Shown piece after piece: positions 1 to 8,602 of a DNA stretch of 64,000 bases; positions within the stretch are counted from its first letter, which is position 1; every line of letters begins with the position of its first letter. Below the pieces are notes generated by a model. The model did not search any database. It saw nothing but the letters and a program-made list of their open reading frames with translations, and had not been told where the DNA came from. The stretch spans positions 613 through 64,612 of the forward strand of contig JBBRPK010000001.1 of the NCBI GenBank assembly GCA_038228235.1, in the 5' to 3' direction. This stretch comes from Verrucomicrobiota bacterium (GTDB lineage Bacteria; Verrucomicrobiota; Verrucomicrobiia; Limisphaerales; JBBRPK01). Position numbers and translations under genes: made by a program.

Positions 1-1
1 T

Positions 2-316
2 GGCCGCGGCATCCTCGCCCAACGCGGCCAGAAGACCATCATCAAAGAAGTGGACGGCAAGACTAAAGTGGAAGTGGTCGGTTCCCTCGGGGACAGCCAG
101 GAAATCCAGTCCAGCATTCACACCAACGGTTGGAATGATTATGTCATTATCGCTCAAGGCAATCATCTCCAACACTTTATCAATGGCAAGCAGACCGTGG
201 ATGTCACCGATGAGCAGGAATCTAAGATGGCCAAATCCGGCATCCTGGCGTTACAACTTCATGCGGGTCCACCCATGAAGGTGCAGTTCAAAAATGTGCG
301 GATTAAAGCGCTATGA
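2..316 (+). CDS. DUF1080 (3-keto-disaccharide hydrolase-like) domain protein, C-terminal part; 5' end lies outside the window
   Basis: Frame is open from base 2. The end NGWNDYVIIAQGNHLQHFINGKQTVDVTD...GILALQLHAGPPMKVQFKNVRIKAL is the usual C-terminus of DUF1080 jelly-roll proteins. Stop overlaps the next start as ATGA (313-316). Confidence 0.7.
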   Translation, partial: GRGILAQRGQKTIIKEVDGKTKVEVVGSLGDSQEIQSSIHTNGWNDYVIIAQGNHLQHFINGKQTVDVTDEQESKMAKSGILALQLHAGPPMKVQFKNVRIKAL

Positions 317-1212
317 AGTCATTTTTGCCTCTCCTGAAATCCTTGCTTTTGCCTTCATTGCTGGCGGCCGCATTGACATCGATGGCGGCGGACAAAAAGA
401 TTGTTTTGATTGCCGGGAATCCCAGCCATGGTCCCGGAGAACATGAGCATCGGGCGGGGTGTCTTTTAATCAAAAGTTGCCTGGATAAAATCCCAGGCCT
501 CAGCAGCATTGTTTATTCAAATGGCTGGCCCCTGGATGCGACGGCGTTCGAGGGGGCCGACGCCATCATTATTTATGCGGATGGGGGCGACGGGCACCCC
601 GCCATTCAAAAGGACCATCTCAAGCTTTTGGGCGCATTGATGAATAAAGGCGTGGGGCTGGGTTGCATTCATTACGCCGTGGAAGTGCCGGCGGAGAAAG
701 GCGGTCCGGAGTTCCTCCAGTGGATCGGGGGTTATTTTGAAACCTACCGGTCTGTGAATCCGCATTGGGACGCCGAGTTTAATTCGTTCCCGGCACATCC
801 CATCACCAGCGGCGTCAGTCCTTTTAAAACAAGGGATGAGTGGTACTATCACATGCGTTTCCCGGAAGGGATGCGGGACGTGACACCAATTCTGACCGCC
901 CTGCCACCCGACGGTACGCGTGGCAAACCGGGCACTAATGATCCTCATGGCGGCAATCCGGAAGTGCAAAGCCACAAAGGCGAGCCAGAACACGTGATGT
1001 GGGCGATTCAGCGTCCGGACGGGGGGCGGGGCTTTGGTGTCACCGGCGCTCACTTTCACCGAAATTGGGGCAATGACAACTTCCGCAAGGCCGTGCTGAA
1101 TGCAGTGGTCTGGATTTCTAAAATGGAGGTCCCGACGCAGGGAGTCCCATCCAGTGTCAGTGCCGAGGAATTGGCAGCGAACCTTGATCCCAAGAGAGCG
1201 AGGAACCCTTAA
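313..1212 (+). CDS. secreted ThuA-domain protein
   Basis: 299 aa. Signal peptide MKSFLPLLKSLLLPSLLAAALTSMAA, then ThuA-like motifs KKIVLIAGNPSHGPGEHEH, IIYADGG, DEWYYH, GGRGFGVTGAHFHRNW. Confidence 0.8.
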   Translation: MKSFLPLLKSLLLPSLLAAALTSMAADKKIVLIAGNPSHGPGEHEHRAGCLLIKSCLDKIPGLSSIVYSNGWPLDATAFEGADAIIIYADGGDGHPAIQKDHLKLLGALMNKGVGLGCIHYAVEVPAEKGGPEFLQWIGGYFETYRSVNPHWDAEFNSFPAHPITSGVSPFKTRDEWYYHMRFPEGMRDVTPILTALPPDGTRGKPGTNDPHGGNPEVQSHKGEPEHVMWAIQRPDGGRGFGVTGAHFHRNWGNDNFRKAVLNAVVWISKMEVPTQGVPSSVSAEELAANLDPKRARNP

Positions 1213-1265
1213 GTGCGCCGCGTTGACCCTCGATGCGAGCGGCCGTTAACCCCGGCGCAGATACG

Positions 1266-2195
1266 ATGAGACTCGTGCGGTTGTTGCTCATGGGCGCGCT
1301 CGTGGGATCGAGCTTAACCGTTTGTGCAGCGGATAAAAAAATCATCCTCATCGCGGGCAACCCCAGCCATGGTCCAGGGGAACATGAATTCCGCGCTGGT
1401 TGTTTATTGCTGAAGCATTGTCTGGATAACCTCGGCGATATAAACTCCGTGGTGTGCTCAAATGGCTGGCCACCAGACGCTACTGCTTTCGAGGGTGTGA
1501 ACGCGGTGCTCATTTATGCTGATGGAGGGGCGGCCCACCCGGCCATTCAGGCTGACCACGCGAAAGTCCTGGGTGAGCTTGTAAAAAAGGGGGTTGGTCT
1601 AGGTTGTGCCCATTATGGAGTCGAGGTGCCCAGCACGAACGGCGGACCGCTGTTCCTGGACTGGATTGGTGGGTATTATGAACATCAGTTCTCCGTGAAT
1701 CCGATGTGGAGTCCCGAGTTCACGTTTTTTCCCGACCATCCCATCACGCGTGGAGTGAGACCATTCAGCGTCCGTGATGAATGGTACTTCAACATCCGCT
1801 TTCGTCCTGTAACGGAAGAAATTGACGCCTCTCTCGATGGCGCAGTCAAATCCAGGCCCTCGGGCATCATCCCAATTCTTGTCGCCAAGCCTTCGGACGC
1901 CACCCGGAAGGGACCGTACGTTGCTCCACACGGGCCTTACGCCCACATCCTCGCTGCCACCGGGCGGGCGGAAACGATGATGTGGGCATTTACCCGGCCG
2001 GATGGCGGGCGGGGCTTCGGGTTTACCGGCGGCCACTTCCATGCGAATTGGGGCAATGACGATTTTCGCCAACTCGTCCTCAACGCCCTGCTTTGGAGCG
2101 CGAAAGCCGAAGTGCCACCCGGCGGTGTCCAGTCTGCCATCACACCCACCGAGCTAGCCGCTAACCTGGATGCGAAGGAGCTAAGAAAACCTTAA
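1266..2195 (+). CDS. secreted ThuA-domain protein (tandem paralog)
   Basis: Matches the previous gene motif for motif (KKIILIAGNPSHGPGEHEF, LIYADGG, DEWYFN, GGRGFGFTGGHFHANW). Start placed at ATG 1266 (MRLVRLLLMGALVG signal peptide); the track ORF starts at 1233. Confidence 0.8.
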   Translation: MRLVRLLLMGALVGSSLTVCAADKKIILIAGNPSHGPGEHEFRAGCLLLKHCLDNLGDINSVVCSNGWPPDATAFEGVNAVLIYADGGAAHPAIQADHAKVLGELVKKGVGLGCAHYGVEVPSTNGGPLFLDWIGGYYEHQFSVNPMWSPEFTFFPDHPITRGVRPFSVRDEWYFNIRFRPVTEEIDASLDGAVKSRPSGIIPILVAKPSDATRKGPYVAPHGPYAHILAATGRAETMMWAFTRPDGGRGFGFTGGHFHANWGNDDFRQLVLNALLWSAKAEVPPGGVQSAITPTELAANLDAKELRKP

Positions 2196-4298
2196 ATGAG
2201 TCACAACCTGACTGAGCGAACGAGTTCAAAATTGCTTATGATAAACACACCCCACTCCTGGAGAATTCTTTCATTGTGCCTAACCCTTGCTGGCTCAACT
2301 CTGGCGGGCCTGGCGGCTGATGCGCCCGCTAAAGAGACAAAACCCGCGGCCCCGCCGCATGCTTCCGGCCACCAGATTGCCCTCGATGAGACAAAAAAGA
2401 TCATCGCGGCCAGTGGTTTGGAAGCAACCCTATTTGCTTCCGAGCCCGAAGTGCTTAACCCCGCCGACATGGATGTGGATGAGCGAGGGCGCGTCTGGAT
2501 CACCGAAGGGGCAAACTACCGAAAATGGGCGAGCCCGCCTTTGCGTCCTGAAGGAGACCGCATCGTCATCTGCGAAGAAACCAGCGGCGATGGAAAAGCA
2601 GATAAGTTCACTACCTTCTATCAAGGGCTGGACATTAACACCGCCTTGGGTGTTTGTGTTTTGGGCAACAAAGTGATCGTCTCTTGCGCTCCCAATGTGT
2701 TCGTCTTCACCGACACGGATGGCGACGGAAGAGCCGACAAAAAAGAAGTCCTCTTCACCGGGATCAAGGGAGTTCAACATGACCACGCCGTCCACTCCTT
2801 TGTCTTTGGCCCGGATGGGAAGCTCTATTTTAATTTCGGAAATGCCGGTGAGCAAATTAAGCGCCCGGATGGGTCGCCGGTGATCGACGTGGAGGGCAAT
2901 GAAGTGGCCAACAAATCCAAACCCTTCCGTCAAGGCATGGTCTTCCGCTGCAACATGGACGGAAGCGAGTTCGAGGTGGTGGGCCATAATTTCCGCAACA
3001 ACTACGAAGTCTGCATCGACTCTTTCGGCACGCTGTGGCAATCGGACAATGATGACGACGGGAATCGGGGCGTGCGCATCAATTACGTGATGGAGCACGG
3101 GAACTTCGGTTATGTCGATGAGATGACGGGCGCGAGCTGGGGCGATGGTTGGAAAGCTGCGCAGGCTAAGCACGCGAAGGAGGATGAACGGCCTTTTTAC
3201 CACTGGCATCAATACGATCCAGGTGTGGTGCCCAACCTCCTTCAAACCGGCAACGGGTCGCCCTGCGGCATCATCATCTATGAAGGCAGATTGCTGCCGG
3301 AAGTTTTCCGCAATCAGATCATTCATTGCGATGCGGGACCGCGCGTGGTCCGCGCTTACCCAGTAAAAAACGATGGCGCCGGATACACCGCCACCATTAC
3401 CAATGTCCTCACCACTCCTGACTCCTGGTTTCGTCCGTCGGATCTGTGCGTGGCTCCGGATGGGTCCCTCTTAGTCGCGGATTGGAATGACGCGGGTGTC
3501 GGCGGCCACTACATGGCAGATCAAAAACTTGAAACCATGACGGGTCGTGTCTATCGGGTCGCACCAGCGGGTCACAAATTTTCTGTCCCCACGCTCAATT
3601 TGAGGACGGCAGCGGGTTGTGTGGAAGCGTTGCAATCACCCAACCAGGCGACCCGTTACCTTGCCTGGACAAAATTGCACGAGATGCAAGGGGCGGGGGA
3701 AAGCGCCCTGCGGAAACTCTGGAATGGCTCCCAGCCACGCATGCGGGCCCGGGCGCTGCACCTCCTGGCCCGCATCAAAGGCCGCGAGCAAAAATATGTT
3801 GAAGCCGCTTTGAAAGACAGCAACTCTGACATTCGCATCACCGGCTTGCGCATTGCCCGCGAGCTGAAAATGGACGTAATTCCCTATCTGGCGAAGCTCG
3901 CGAAGGATCCCTCGCCGCAAGTGCGCCGGGAATGCGCGCTCGCGCTTCGCCATAATCAGTCGGCCGAAGCGCCCAGGATTTGGACTGCCTTGGCGCAGCA
4001 ACACGATGGCAAAGATCGGTGGTACTTGGAAGCCCTGGGCATTGGAGCGGACCAGCAGGAAAACAAATATTTCGAGGCGTGGCTCGCCGAGGTTGGGTCC
4101 AACTGGAACACGGCGGCGGGCCGAGACATTATCTGGCGCTCCAGAGCCTCAAAGTCCCCCGCCCTGTTAGCGAAGTTGATCACGGACAACGGTACTTCTG
4201 CCCAGGACCGCGAGCATTACCTGCGCGCGCTGGATTTCATCAAAGGGCCGGAGAAAGATGCTGCTCTGGTGGAGATCGCGACCTCGGCTTTGAAGTAA
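2196..4298 (+). CDS. PVC-type putative membrane-bound dehydrogenase domain protein with C-terminal HEAT repeats; no heme-binding motif
   Basis: 700 aa. N-terminal hydrophobic leader, then beta-propeller signature LEATLFASEPEVLNPADMDVDERGRVWITEGANYR and HEAT-like repeats (DSNSDIRITGLRIA, DPSPQVRRECALALRH). No CxxCH anywhere. Starts immediately after the ThuA stop (TAA-ATG). Confidence 0.7.
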   Translation: MSHNLTERTSSKLLMINTPHSWRILSLCLTLAGSTLAGLAADAPAKETKPAAPPHASGHQIALDETKKIIAASGLEATLFASEPEVLNPADMDVDERGRVWITEGANYRKWASPPLRPEGDRIVICEETSGDGKADKFTTFYQGLDINTALGVCVLGNKVIVSCAPNVFVFTDTDGDGRADKKEVLFTGIKGVQHDHAVHSFVFGPDGKLYFNFGNAGEQIKRPDGSPVIDVEGNEVANKSKPFRQGMVFRCNMDGSEFEVVGHNFRNNYEVCIDSFGTLWQSDNDDDGNRGVRINYVMEHGNFGYVDEMTGASWGDGWKAAQAKHAKEDERPFYHWHQYDPGVVPNLLQTGNGSPCGIIIYEGRLLPEVFRNQIIHCDAGPRVVRAYPVKNDGAGYTATITNVLTTPDSWFRPSDLCVAPDGSLLVADWNDAGVGGHYMADQKLETMTGRVYRVAPAGHKFSVPTLNLRTAAGCVEALQSPNQATRYLAWTKLHEMQGAGESALRKLWNGSQPRMRARALHLLARIKGREQKYVEAALKDSNSDIRITGLRIARELKMDVIPYLAKLAKDPSPQVRRECALALRHNQSAEAPRIWTALAQQHDGKDRWYLEALGIGADQQENKYFEAWLAEVGSNWNTAAGRDIIWRSRASKSPALLAKLITDNGTSAQDREHYLRALDFIKGPEKDAALVEIATSALK

Positions 4299-4389
4299 CG
4301 AGCGTGGGTGCGTGGGAGAAATGTCCCGTCGCGTTCATGGTGGGGCCGGCGACCGCTCGTCGCTCGCAGCACATGTGGAATTTCCGCGG

Positions 4390-5469
4390 TTACAGGCTGT
4401 TCAGCACGTCGATCAGCTGGCGCAGCCGCCCGTAATCCCGCCGGTTGAAGCCAAACGCCAGCCGCGGCAAATCCAGGAATTGATTGTCCTCCCGCTCTTC
4501 CGGGGTGGCCGCGATGCTGCGGAGTTTTTCCCCGCTGATAATGTCCGCAAAATCTTCATTGAGTCCCGCGATGGCAGAAGGGGAAGGCGGATGGTTTAGC
4601 CGAATGACAAGCAACTCATGGACAAATCGCATCGAATGATAGTTGCGGTAGAAGCGGGTGATGATCTTGACCGCATGATCAATGTCATCGGTAATCTGGT
4701 AAAGTCCCAGGTCATCGGGGGAAATGAAATGGTTGCGCAACAATTGCTCGCGAATCTGTTTGTCCCACGTTCGCCAGTAGGCCCCGCCTGGTTTGTCCAT
4801 CAACACCAGAGGCATGATTCGGCTCTTGCCGGTCTGCATGAGAGTGAGCGCTTCATAGCCTTCGTCGAGGGTGCCGAATCCGCCCGGAAATAGCACAATG
4901 GCATCGGCGTGCCGCACAAAAGTCAGCTTGCGGGTGAAAAAATATTTGAACGTGATGAGTTTTTTGTCGTGTTGAATAATTGGATTAGCGGTCTGTTCCC
5001 AAGGCAGGCGAATGTTCGCGCCGAAACTTCTTTCCGGCCCGGCCCCCTCGTGGCCCGCCTGCATGATGCCCGGCCCCGCCCCGGTAATAATCATCCAGCC
5101 TTCGGCGGCGATTTTGCGCGCGAATTCGATGGCCTGCTGGTATTCGATCTTCGTGGGCAAAGTGCGGGCTGAACCGAACATCGTGACCTTGCGCGCGCCC
5201 GCGTGGGGGGCAAAAAGTTTGAAGGCATAGCGCAACTCGCGGACCGCCGTTTGAATGACACGCACGTCCCCGCGGGCCTCCACATCAGTCATCAGCTTGA
5301 GCGCGTTCTCGATAATATCGGCGACCAGGTCAGGATTGTGGCCTTCGCCTTTGAAAGCGATTAAATCCTGGATGCGGCGTTTCAACTCCGGATCTGCCGG
5401 AGGTTTTTCCGAGTGTTGCATGACACCCACCGTAACGTCTCCGGGCGCAAAATCAACTTCGGCCTTCAT
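4390..5469 (-). CDS. LOG-family (TIGR00730-type) nucleotide 5'-monophosphate nucleosidase-like protein, extended form
   Basis: 359 aa. LOG motifs ITGAGPGIMQAGHEGA and PGGFGTLDEGYEALTLMQTGK, flanked by about 110 aa N-terminal and about 90 aa C-terminal extensions. Confidence 0.75.
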   Translation of the reverse strand: MKAEVDFAPGDVTVGVMQHSEKPPADPELKRRIQDLIAFKGEGHNPDLVADIIENALKLMTDVEARGDVRVIQTAVRELRYAFKLFAPHAGARKVTMFGSARTLPTKIEYQQAIEFARKIAAEGWMIITGAGPGIMQAGHEGAGPERSFGANIRLPWEQTANPIIQHDKKLITFKYFFTRKLTFVRHADAIVLFPGGFGTLDEGYEALTLMQTGKSRIMPLVLMDKPGGAYWRTWDKQIREQLLRNHFISPDDLGLYQITDDIDHAVKIITRFYRNYHSMRFVHELLVIRLNHPPSPSAIAGLNEDFADIISGEKLRSIAATPEEREDNQFLDLPRLAFGFNRRDYGRLRQLIDVLNSL

Positions 5470-5550
5470 TCACCGCTTGCTAATGAAGTGCGGGAGTTTA
5501 CGATGATTCGCGCTCAAACCTGATGTTCGGGCGTTTTGCTTCCATCCCAT

Positions 5551-5760
5551 ATGAATAGAACCCTTGAGAAATTCATCGGAAAACAAGTTTCGGTCACGTT
5601 GAGCGCCGCGTTTGAGCATCCCCTCATAGGCGAGCTGGTGGAGTGTGATGGCGCCTTAATCGTCATCGAACACAAGGAGTGGGGCGAAGTTGTCATTCCT
5701 CTAACCGCAGTGTCGTATGTGTTTTCTCCCGCGCCAGCGACTGCAAAAGTTGGGGCGTGA
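5551..5760 (+). CDS. hypothetical small protein (possible Sm/SH3-like barrel)
   Basis: 69 aa from ATG 5551 (track ORF begins at TTG 5536). No family recognised. Short beta-strand pattern GKQVSVTL..GELVECDGALIVIE..VVIPLTAVSYV. Confidence 0.4.
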   Translation: MNRTLEKFIGKQVSVTLSAAFEHPLIGELVECDGALIVIEHKEWGEVVIPLTAVSYVFSPAPATAKVGA

Positions 5761-6068
5761 GGGAGCTGAGCCTCGCGGCGTGGTTGAAGTGCTTCTAGCC
5801 GCGCAGCCCCAGGCGCCGTAACCGTCTTTGGCGCTTTACGTTTTAATTTTTTGGCGTAGATTGAGAGTTCGATTATGGATAAATTCTTTAGCATATTTAC
5901 GTTTCCGCTGGGCCTGCTGCTCTGCTTCTCCCCAGCTCTGTTCGTGTGGTTGAAGGCCGAGTTGAAAAGCCCGCCCTCCGGAAAAGATAAAGACCGCCCA
6001 TAAGCCGGCTCGCTGCTCGCGTTGGGACACTCTGGTGCGGGTGCGGCTGCCTTTCGCTGGGCCTCCCG

Positions 6069-7034
6069 TCAAGGTTTGACTTCGAGAACGGCTTGGACAG
6101 GCATTGAATTCCCAAAATTTTTAAAATCCTTAAATGTCCAAACCACCTTTTTGTCCGGCGTTACCTCGATGAATTGAGGATTGTCCGCATTGGCGTGGCA
6201 ATTGCCGATCATGGTGTTGCCGTTCGGCAGACGCTCCACTCTGGTGACCCAGGCTAGAACGATGCCCGGCAGATCGTTCTGTTCCACTTTCCAAAGGATC
6301 TGCTTTTGCGGGGTAACCTCCAGCACGCTGTGGCCGTTGCCAGCGCCGATGAGCGTATTTCCATTCGGAAGGCGGATCGCGCTGAACACGGAATTTCCAA
6401 AGGCCTCCGGCCCATGGCCGCCTTGGCGCATCTTGCCGAAGAGCGGGACTTCAAACTCCCACACAATTTGGCCGCTTGAATCATACTCACGCACAAAACC
6501 ATCGCTCTCCTGGGCGACCAGGTAATTGCCGCTGGCAATCTTGCGGACCAGCCGGGTATCGCTGTGCGCGCTCGGGTGGTTCACCTTCAGTTTTACTTCA
6601 CGCTCCATCTTGCCTTCCTTGTTCACCTCGATGATTCGCGCGGTCCCCGACTCGGCGATCATAGTCAACCCGTTCTCCAACCGCTGAAAGGCATGGACCT
6701 CGACCCGCTTGCCTTCGTTGCCGTTCATCCTGCCCGCGTCATATTCCCAAACCGTTTGCTTGTCCGGAGTGACTTCGAGGATTCGTGTCCAGCCCTGTTG
6801 GAAGAGAATATGGCCGTTGGGCAAGACCGAGGCATCGTGGATGGCGCCTACCTGCATCTCCCATTCCAGGGAACCATCAGGCGCGATGATAGCGAGGCGA
6901 TGCATCGAATCATCGGCAGCCAGCAGGCGCCGGGTCGTGCCCGTTTGTTCCGCGAAGCCGGGGGTTGAAAGGACAGTCATTAGAGCGCACAAAGGCCACC
7001 GGGGAATTTTCATATTAACTGAGGGACTGGTCAA
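6069..7034 (-). CDS. secreted beta-propeller repeat protein (PQQ/ASST-like)
   Basis: 321 aa with signal peptide. Repeated blade motifs LPNGHILFQQ, LENGLTMIAE, ASGNYLVAQE, LPNGNTLIGA, LPNGNTMIGN, each followed by a (V/I)W(E/T)(Y/F) strand. Confidence 0.65.
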   Translation of the reverse strand: MTSPSVNMKIPRWPLCALMTVLSTPGFAEQTGTTRRLLAADDSMHRLAIIAPDGSLEWEMQVGAIHDASVLPNGHILFQQGWTRILEVTPDKQTVWEYDAGRMNGNEGKRVEVHAFQRLENGLTMIAESGTARIIEVNKEGKMEREVKLKVNHPSAHSDTRLVRKIASGNYLVAQESDGFVREYDSSGQIVWEFEVPLFGKMRQGGHGPEAFGNSVFSAIRLPNGNTLIGAGNGHSVLEVTPQKQILWKVEQNDLPGIVLAWVTRVERLPNGNTMIGNCHANADNPQFIEVTPDKKVVWTFKDFKNFGNSMPVQAVLEVKP

Positions 7035-7185
7035 AAGAGCGAATTATTCGATTTAAGTGCCGGTGTTCAGCTTCCTTTGGTTCTCTCGTTATCCTCTTCT
7101 TGTCTCGGGATTGGCGCGATCTTTCCGCGCGCGCAGGTCCTCTGTTTTGCGCGCGGCCAAAAACCGAATGATTCCGCAATTGTTT

Positions 7186-7800
7186 TCAGGGCGCGGTTTT
7201 TGTGGCGTCCCCCAGCAGTTCATCCCGTTTGAACACCGAAAAAACGGGATAACCCAGCGCTTCGATTTTTTCGCGTCCCCCTTCCTGGCGATCCACCAAC
7301 ACCAGAACAAACGCGACCTTCCCTCCTTCACTGACCACTGCATTGATGGCCGCAATGGTGGAATCGCCCCGAGTGACCACGTCGTCCACCACCACAACCG
7401 TTTGGCCTTTCTGGAAGTTGCCTTCGATCAGCTTGGTCTGCCCGTGACTCTTCGGAGTTTTTCGAACTGAAAATGTTTGCCAAGCCGCGCCTTCTTCCGC
7501 CCAGTAGGAAAACATGGCGACCGCCAAGGCCACCGGATCGGCCCCCATCGTCAATCCACCGATGGCGTCAATCTTGGCCTTCCTGTCCGCTTCCTGTCCG
7601 CGGATGAGCGAGTGCATCAATTGTCCCAGCAGCCAGGCGCCTTTCGGGTCGAGGGTGGTGAGGCGGCAATCAAAATAGTATTTACTCTTTGCCCCCGAGG
7701 CCAGCGTGAATTCTCCATGGAAAATGGATTTTCGTCGAAGCAGTTCCGTCAGTTCTTTTCTAGCCTCAGCAACGCTCAGCATCTTTTTTGGTTGTAACAC
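7186..7800 (-). CDS. pyrE: orotate phosphoribosyltransferase
   Basis: 204 aa. PRPP-binding motif VVVVDDVVTRGDSTIAAI; N-terminal FHGEFTLASGAKSKYYFDCR is typical of PyrE. Confidence 0.85.
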   Translation of the reverse strand: MLQPKKMLSVAEARKELTELLRRKSIFHGEFTLASGAKSKYYFDCRLTTLDPKGAWLLGQLMHSLIRGQEADRKAKIDAIGGLTMGADPVALAVAMFSYWAEEGAAWQTFSVRKTPKSHGQTKLIEGNFQKGQTVVVVDDVVTRGDSTIAAINAVVSEGGKVAFVLVLVDRQEGGREKIEALGYPVFSVFKRDELLGDATKTAP

Positions 7801-8037
7801 GGAAAGAGCATAAGGGAACTGCGAAACCGTTCAATTTCAATCTTGCCACCGACCGGGTCGCATAGGATAACCTCAAGGTCAAACGGTCAGAGAAGACAAG
7901 GCCGGTCCCCGGTTTCCGATTTAAACAAGAAAAGGGATTGGACGATGACAATGACAGCCAGAAAAATACCGCTTCGCAACGAGGCGTGAATAATCCTTCT
8001 TGCAACTGAGTCTCAATTACTATAGTTTCGCGATATT

Positions 8038-8331
8038 GTGAAGCGTCCGCTTTATACTTGTGCCGACGAGAATGGTTGCCCGCAACCATACGTTTGTCCT
8101 TTGAGCCGCGTCATTGCAGGCACGGCGGTGCGGATTAAACGAGTTTCCGCTTCTCCCGAAATGGCCCATCGCCTGCGGGAATTGGGCTTTTGCGAGGAGC
8201 AGGACATCAAGCTTCTCAGCCATCGCCCCAACCTCATCTGCCTGGTGTGCAATGCGCGATTGGCCATCAGCAGTCAGTTAGCTGAAACCATCTTCGTCGA
8301 GCCTCTGCCCTCCTCTCCCAGAGCCGGTTAA
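8038..8331 (+). CDS. feoA: FeoA-family protein with Cys-containing N-terminal extension
   Basis: 97 aa from GTG 8038. FeoA SH3-like core GTAVRIKRVSASPEMAHRLRELGFCEEQDIKLL...ARLAISSQLAETIFV. The N-terminus carries 3 Cys (YTCADENGCPQPYVCP). Confidence 0.7.
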   Translation: MKRPLYTCADENGCPQPYVCPLSRVIAGTAVRIKRVSASPEMAHRLRELGFCEEQDIKLLSHRPNLICLVCNARLAISSQLAETIFVEPLPSSPRAG

Positions 8332-8333
8332 GT

Positions 8334-8576
8334 ATGCCCCCTGAGACCCGATCGCTGGCCTCCCTCGCCATCGGGAGCGTTGGCACCGTCATTGAGATTA
8401 AACTGGCTCCCGAGTACCGGAGCCGCCTTTTGGAAATGGGGCTGCTCGTAGGCACGCCGGTGCAATTGGTTCGCTTTGCCCCTCTCGGTGATCCTGTCGA
8501 AATCAAGGTGCGCGGGTACCATCTCACCCTGCGCAAGCAGGAAGCAGAACAGATTTGGGTGCAGCCAAAGGAGTAA
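8334..8576 (+). CDS. feoA: FeoA-family protein
   Basis: 80 aa. GSVGTVIEIKLAPEYRSRLLEMGLLVGTPVQLVRFAPLGDPVEIKVRGYHLTLRKQEAEQIWV is a canonical FeoA domain. Lies 2 nt after the previous stop. Confidence 0.8.
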   Translation: MPPETRSLASLAIGSVGTVIEIKLAPEYRSRLLEMGLLVGTPVQLVRFAPLGDPVEIKVRGYHLTLRKQEAEQIWVQPKE

Positions 8577-8602
8577 AGTCGGCGGATTATTTTATCACCG
8601 CT

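Noticed and set aside
2430-3326. Long antisense ORFs opposite well-supported genes
   Set aside because: They are typical GC-rich shadow frames with low-complexity, Arg/Ala/Gly-rich products and no motifs, and the opposite strand carries clear domain signatures. Examples: 2430-3326, 8267-8920, 9977-10732, 11334-12203, 12686-13318, 44638-45696, 48003-48704, 58193-59101.
7930-8037. Fur box upstream of feoA
   Set aside because: Only weak partial matches were found (GATGACAATGAC, AACTGAGTCTCAATTACTA) to GATAATGATAATCATTATC. That is insufficient without a matrix score.
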